Of a stretch of 26,119 nucleotides of DNA, positions 23,257-26,119 are shown piece by piece. The translations under genes were made by a program, and so were the position numbers. Under the pieces are notes generated by a model that searched no databases, had not been told where the DNA came from, and saw only the letters and a program-made list of their open reading frames with translations. Source of the stretch: Bugula neritina (Eukaryota > Animalia > Bryozoa); NCBI GenBank assembly GCA_964035545.1, contig CAXIUT010000165.1, positions 1-26,119 on the forward strand, read 5' to 3'. Position 1 is the stretch's first letter, and every line of letters begins with the position of its first letter.

Positions 23257-25971
23257 TCAGTTAAAAAATTTATCATCGATTAGGGTATTTTTACTCAAAT
23301 TCCTTTTAACAAAGAAAGATAGCAAAAAGATGAAAAATTTCTAAAAGACAAATGCAATCAAGAAAGAGAAATAAACACTCTTTGTTGCTATGTAAAAAAT
23401 ATTGACAAAGTTTATGAAATTGAAAAGAAGGATAAACTCATGACCTGAAACCATCACATTGCTGAACTAGTACCACATATCTTTGAAAAATATTGGAAGC
23501 TTACCAATAGTTTAAGTATCTATAGGCCAGTTTATGATCTTTTATAAAAGGGTGCGCTCACGGACGTTTAGATTTGATGTTTTGATGCCTTATAAATAAA
23601 ATTTGAAGGTTTATAACATAGTGCTTGTTATTTAATCTAGATCTTTGTAGTCTTAGTCTGTTAGATTTTAAGGAATAGGATTTGCAAGAGCTGATACATT
23701 GAAAGCCTTACTGGCTAGTTTAGTGTTAAATCTGCTGACGTATTTAACTTGGAAGGCTTGACGGACTTAGAATGGAAATATTACTTAGAATGTCTGACAT
23801 TGTTAAGTATCTTATAGCTTAAATGATCTACTTTTTCCAAAAGCTAAATTAGTTAGTAACTACCTTTGGCTTATTTTTCAAACATGTTTTCAATATAAGT
23901 GAGACTACCTTCAGACTGTCCCATGGGATTCATTCCATGGATGTAGTATCCATGGAGTGCTTAGTCAAATATTATAATAGAAATGTTGGTGACGCTGCAT
24001 AGATCGACGAAATCTTCAATTGGAAGAGGGAACCAAGTTTTTACTGTGTGTCTGATAACTAAATAAATATTGGAGTACTGAATTGAGCGAGCGCAACGAT
24101 GAATATTGAGAAAGTGATGATGAAATAAGAAAGAATCGGACTGGTGATAACAGTATTATCTACTACTTGTGGTGAAGTGTTAGGAACCATTATATTAAGG
24201 TTGATCCAGTTGAGACCTTAAAGGAAGAGTAAAGCCATGAGGGATATGAATTCTATGTTGATTATTCTGCTCATTGATAGTTAGTAAAGTTAGTTGACTA
24301 GAAGGACTTTTCTCCAGACTGAGACTTCTTTTCTATTTTTTCCAATTTAAAACTTTCCGAGTTATTTTTATTTTTACCAATCAATGAGGAAATAATCTGT
24401 GGAATTGACCATATTCCAGATGATGATGAAGATGGCGACAATCGTGAAGCTGAAGGTCATATAGAAGAAAACATCAAAAACTTTATAGAGTTGTTCTGGG
24501 TCATTGTCAGGAGTGGGCAGGATAATAAAGATGGTTTGTTGGAATTTATAGAAACAGAAGAGGAAAGTAGTCAATATGAATAGCCATAGCCACAGACCTA
24601 CGGCAACGAATTTGATTATATGAACAAAAGCTAATGCGATTACCTTGAAACAGTAGAAAGGATCGCTTTTTTAGTCTGGATTGTAGCGGTAATATCGACA
24701 AAAACTGATTATGAAGGAGATGAAGATAGCAACTGCGAAAACGGCTAAATAAGGCATATAATTGATGGTTGTGTTGACAGAATCTGAAATTGTTTTGATT
24801 GTGGCTGGACTGTTATTTGATAATGATAAAGAGGGGACTCTTAAAGGTGGTTATGTTGTGAATTTTAGCTATATGCTGTTATAACTTGCAGGTCTGAAAC
24901 GTTTGTAGTATGATCCTGAGATAGAGATTGGAACTTCATTATAGTTGCCATTCGAATCAACTATATAGACATCGCAATAGTATATAGTTGATAGCGTTCG
25001 AGGATTATTGCATGTTTTATAGAAAAGTAGCCCATAACTCTTGAATTTAACTAAATCTTAGCTATTAAGGTAGCAACGGAAGATACTTTTATCTAGAGAC
25101 TTGATGTCATTGAGAGAGCCATCAGCATTGTATTAAGCAAGTATAAATTGGAAAGTGTTTTTGACAGTTGAGGTATTGGTTCCGATCAGAGAGGATGCTG
25201 AGATGCCAATGGTACTTGTGATTTACCCAGAAAATTTATAAGTTGGGCTATATAATATAAGTATTACAGTCCATCTGAAATGGATTTAGTTGACTGATAA
25301 GATTGTAGTAATGAGCAAAATAAATTGCTTGATATATATCCATTTTATACGCATTTATTCATTAATTGATTACAGGATTGAATGATGTTGTACTGTCCGC
25401 ATCCTATAACAGCCTATTTTAGTCATTTTTTACGTTTATCTATGCGAGATAATCTGTTGGATTGCTTGCTGGAGTTGTTGGACTGAAGGAACCAGTAGTA
25501 TCAGTGTAACAGGCTCCACTGATCCAGTATTGATTCGAACCAGTGCAGGTACAAGATGAGAGAGCGCTGTCATAAGTAGCAGAGGGACCACATTAAATAC
25601 AGCGAGTATTAGTTGAATCTGGATATGAATTTGAACAAGTGGTTATTGTAGGATTAAAGGTGCCATCTTTGTCATAAATAGAGACTATTTGAGTGGCTGC
25701 AGATAAGATGCCTGAATATGATAAAACTTACACTTAAAGCGGTGCATGAGGAATTATGGTTGAATCCAAAGACATCTGGATTATCGTAGAAGGTATTTGA
25801 GCAGTTACAGAAGGTAAAGTCATTGGCTTGGACTGTATTGGTTGGACAGGTGGTGCAGTCAAGAGTAAGAATATCATAGTAATTGGCTGAAGAAGTGCAA
25901 GCTGATGGTTCTGAGTAGGAATTGATAGTCGATAGGAGAGCGATGATGAGTAGAAGTGAAGAGAATTGCAT
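23257..25971 (-). CDS. TMEM67: Meckelin (TMEM67/MKS3), ciliary transition-zone membrane protein
   Basis: Signal peptide and Cys-rich ectodomain; DYFLIDWE, VSVWRKVLLVNE, FVDLCSVTNIS, HGYYIHG, CQTFEV and C-terminal KRNLSKNTLIDDKFF. Introns at 25712-25733 (22 nt, needed for frame) and 25414-25433, 25248-25267, 24059-24078, 23844-23863 (20 nt each). Confidence 0.92.
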
Positions 25972-26020
25972 TAATTTGAAATTTGAATATATTTATGATT
26001 TATTATAGATTTGAATATGA

Positions 26021-26119
26021 GGGGTTGGGGTTGGGGTTGGGGTTGGGGTTGGGGTTGGGGTTGGGGTTGGGGTTGGGGTTGGGGTTGGGGTTGGGGTTGG
26101 GGTTGGGGTTGGGGTTGGG
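26021..26119 (+). repeat. Right telomere, (TTGGGG)n
   Basis: Perfect G4T2 array running to the window end. Confidence 0.98.

Noticed and set aside
1-26119. Widespread pseudogenisation suggested by many in-frame TAA/TAG
   Set aside because: TAR falls at conserved Glu sites and the frames are otherwise intact, so this is codon reassignment.
1-26119. Standard ciliate code (TAR=Gln) or a split code (TAA=Lys, TAG=Glu)
   Set aside because: Both TAA (EF-hand position 12, KLEN, CGHEY) and TAG (ETDFV, PPFE) occupy conserved Glu positions.
1-26119. CRISPR array, transposase, rRNA or tRNA genes
   Set aside because: The repeats are spacerless telomeric hexamers, nearly all sequence is explained by host protein genes, and I recognised no structural RNA or mobile-element signature by eye.

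Overview
AT-rich eukaryotic DNA from a ciliate macronucleus. It carries Tetrahymena-type C4A2/G4T2 telomere repeats. TAA and TAG both read as Glu and TGA is the only stop (peritrich-type code, NCBI table 30), so the supplied standard-code ORF track is largely misleading. Hand translation gives 18 tightly packed protein genes: SHIPPO-repeat protein, NT-C2 coiled-coil protein, PRP4 kinase, one orphan, CDPK, polo-like kinase, glyoxalase II, PP2C/PDP phosphatase, mitochondrial EF-Ts, bZIP factor, MORN protein, TLDc protein, WDR26-like protein, meckelin/TMEM67, and four paralogs of an uncharacterised family. I found 23 GT-AG introns, 20 of them exactly 20 nt. The window has three head-to-tail segments: a complete telomere-to-telomere 12.6-kb, 8-gene minichromosome (1-12594), then two segments (12595-20440 and 20441-26119) that each begin inside a gene directly after a G4T2 array and end in their own G4T2 array. 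These joins may be amplification or read chimeras, or real telomere-primed fusions. All assignments come from manual translation and motif recognition; no database searches were run.
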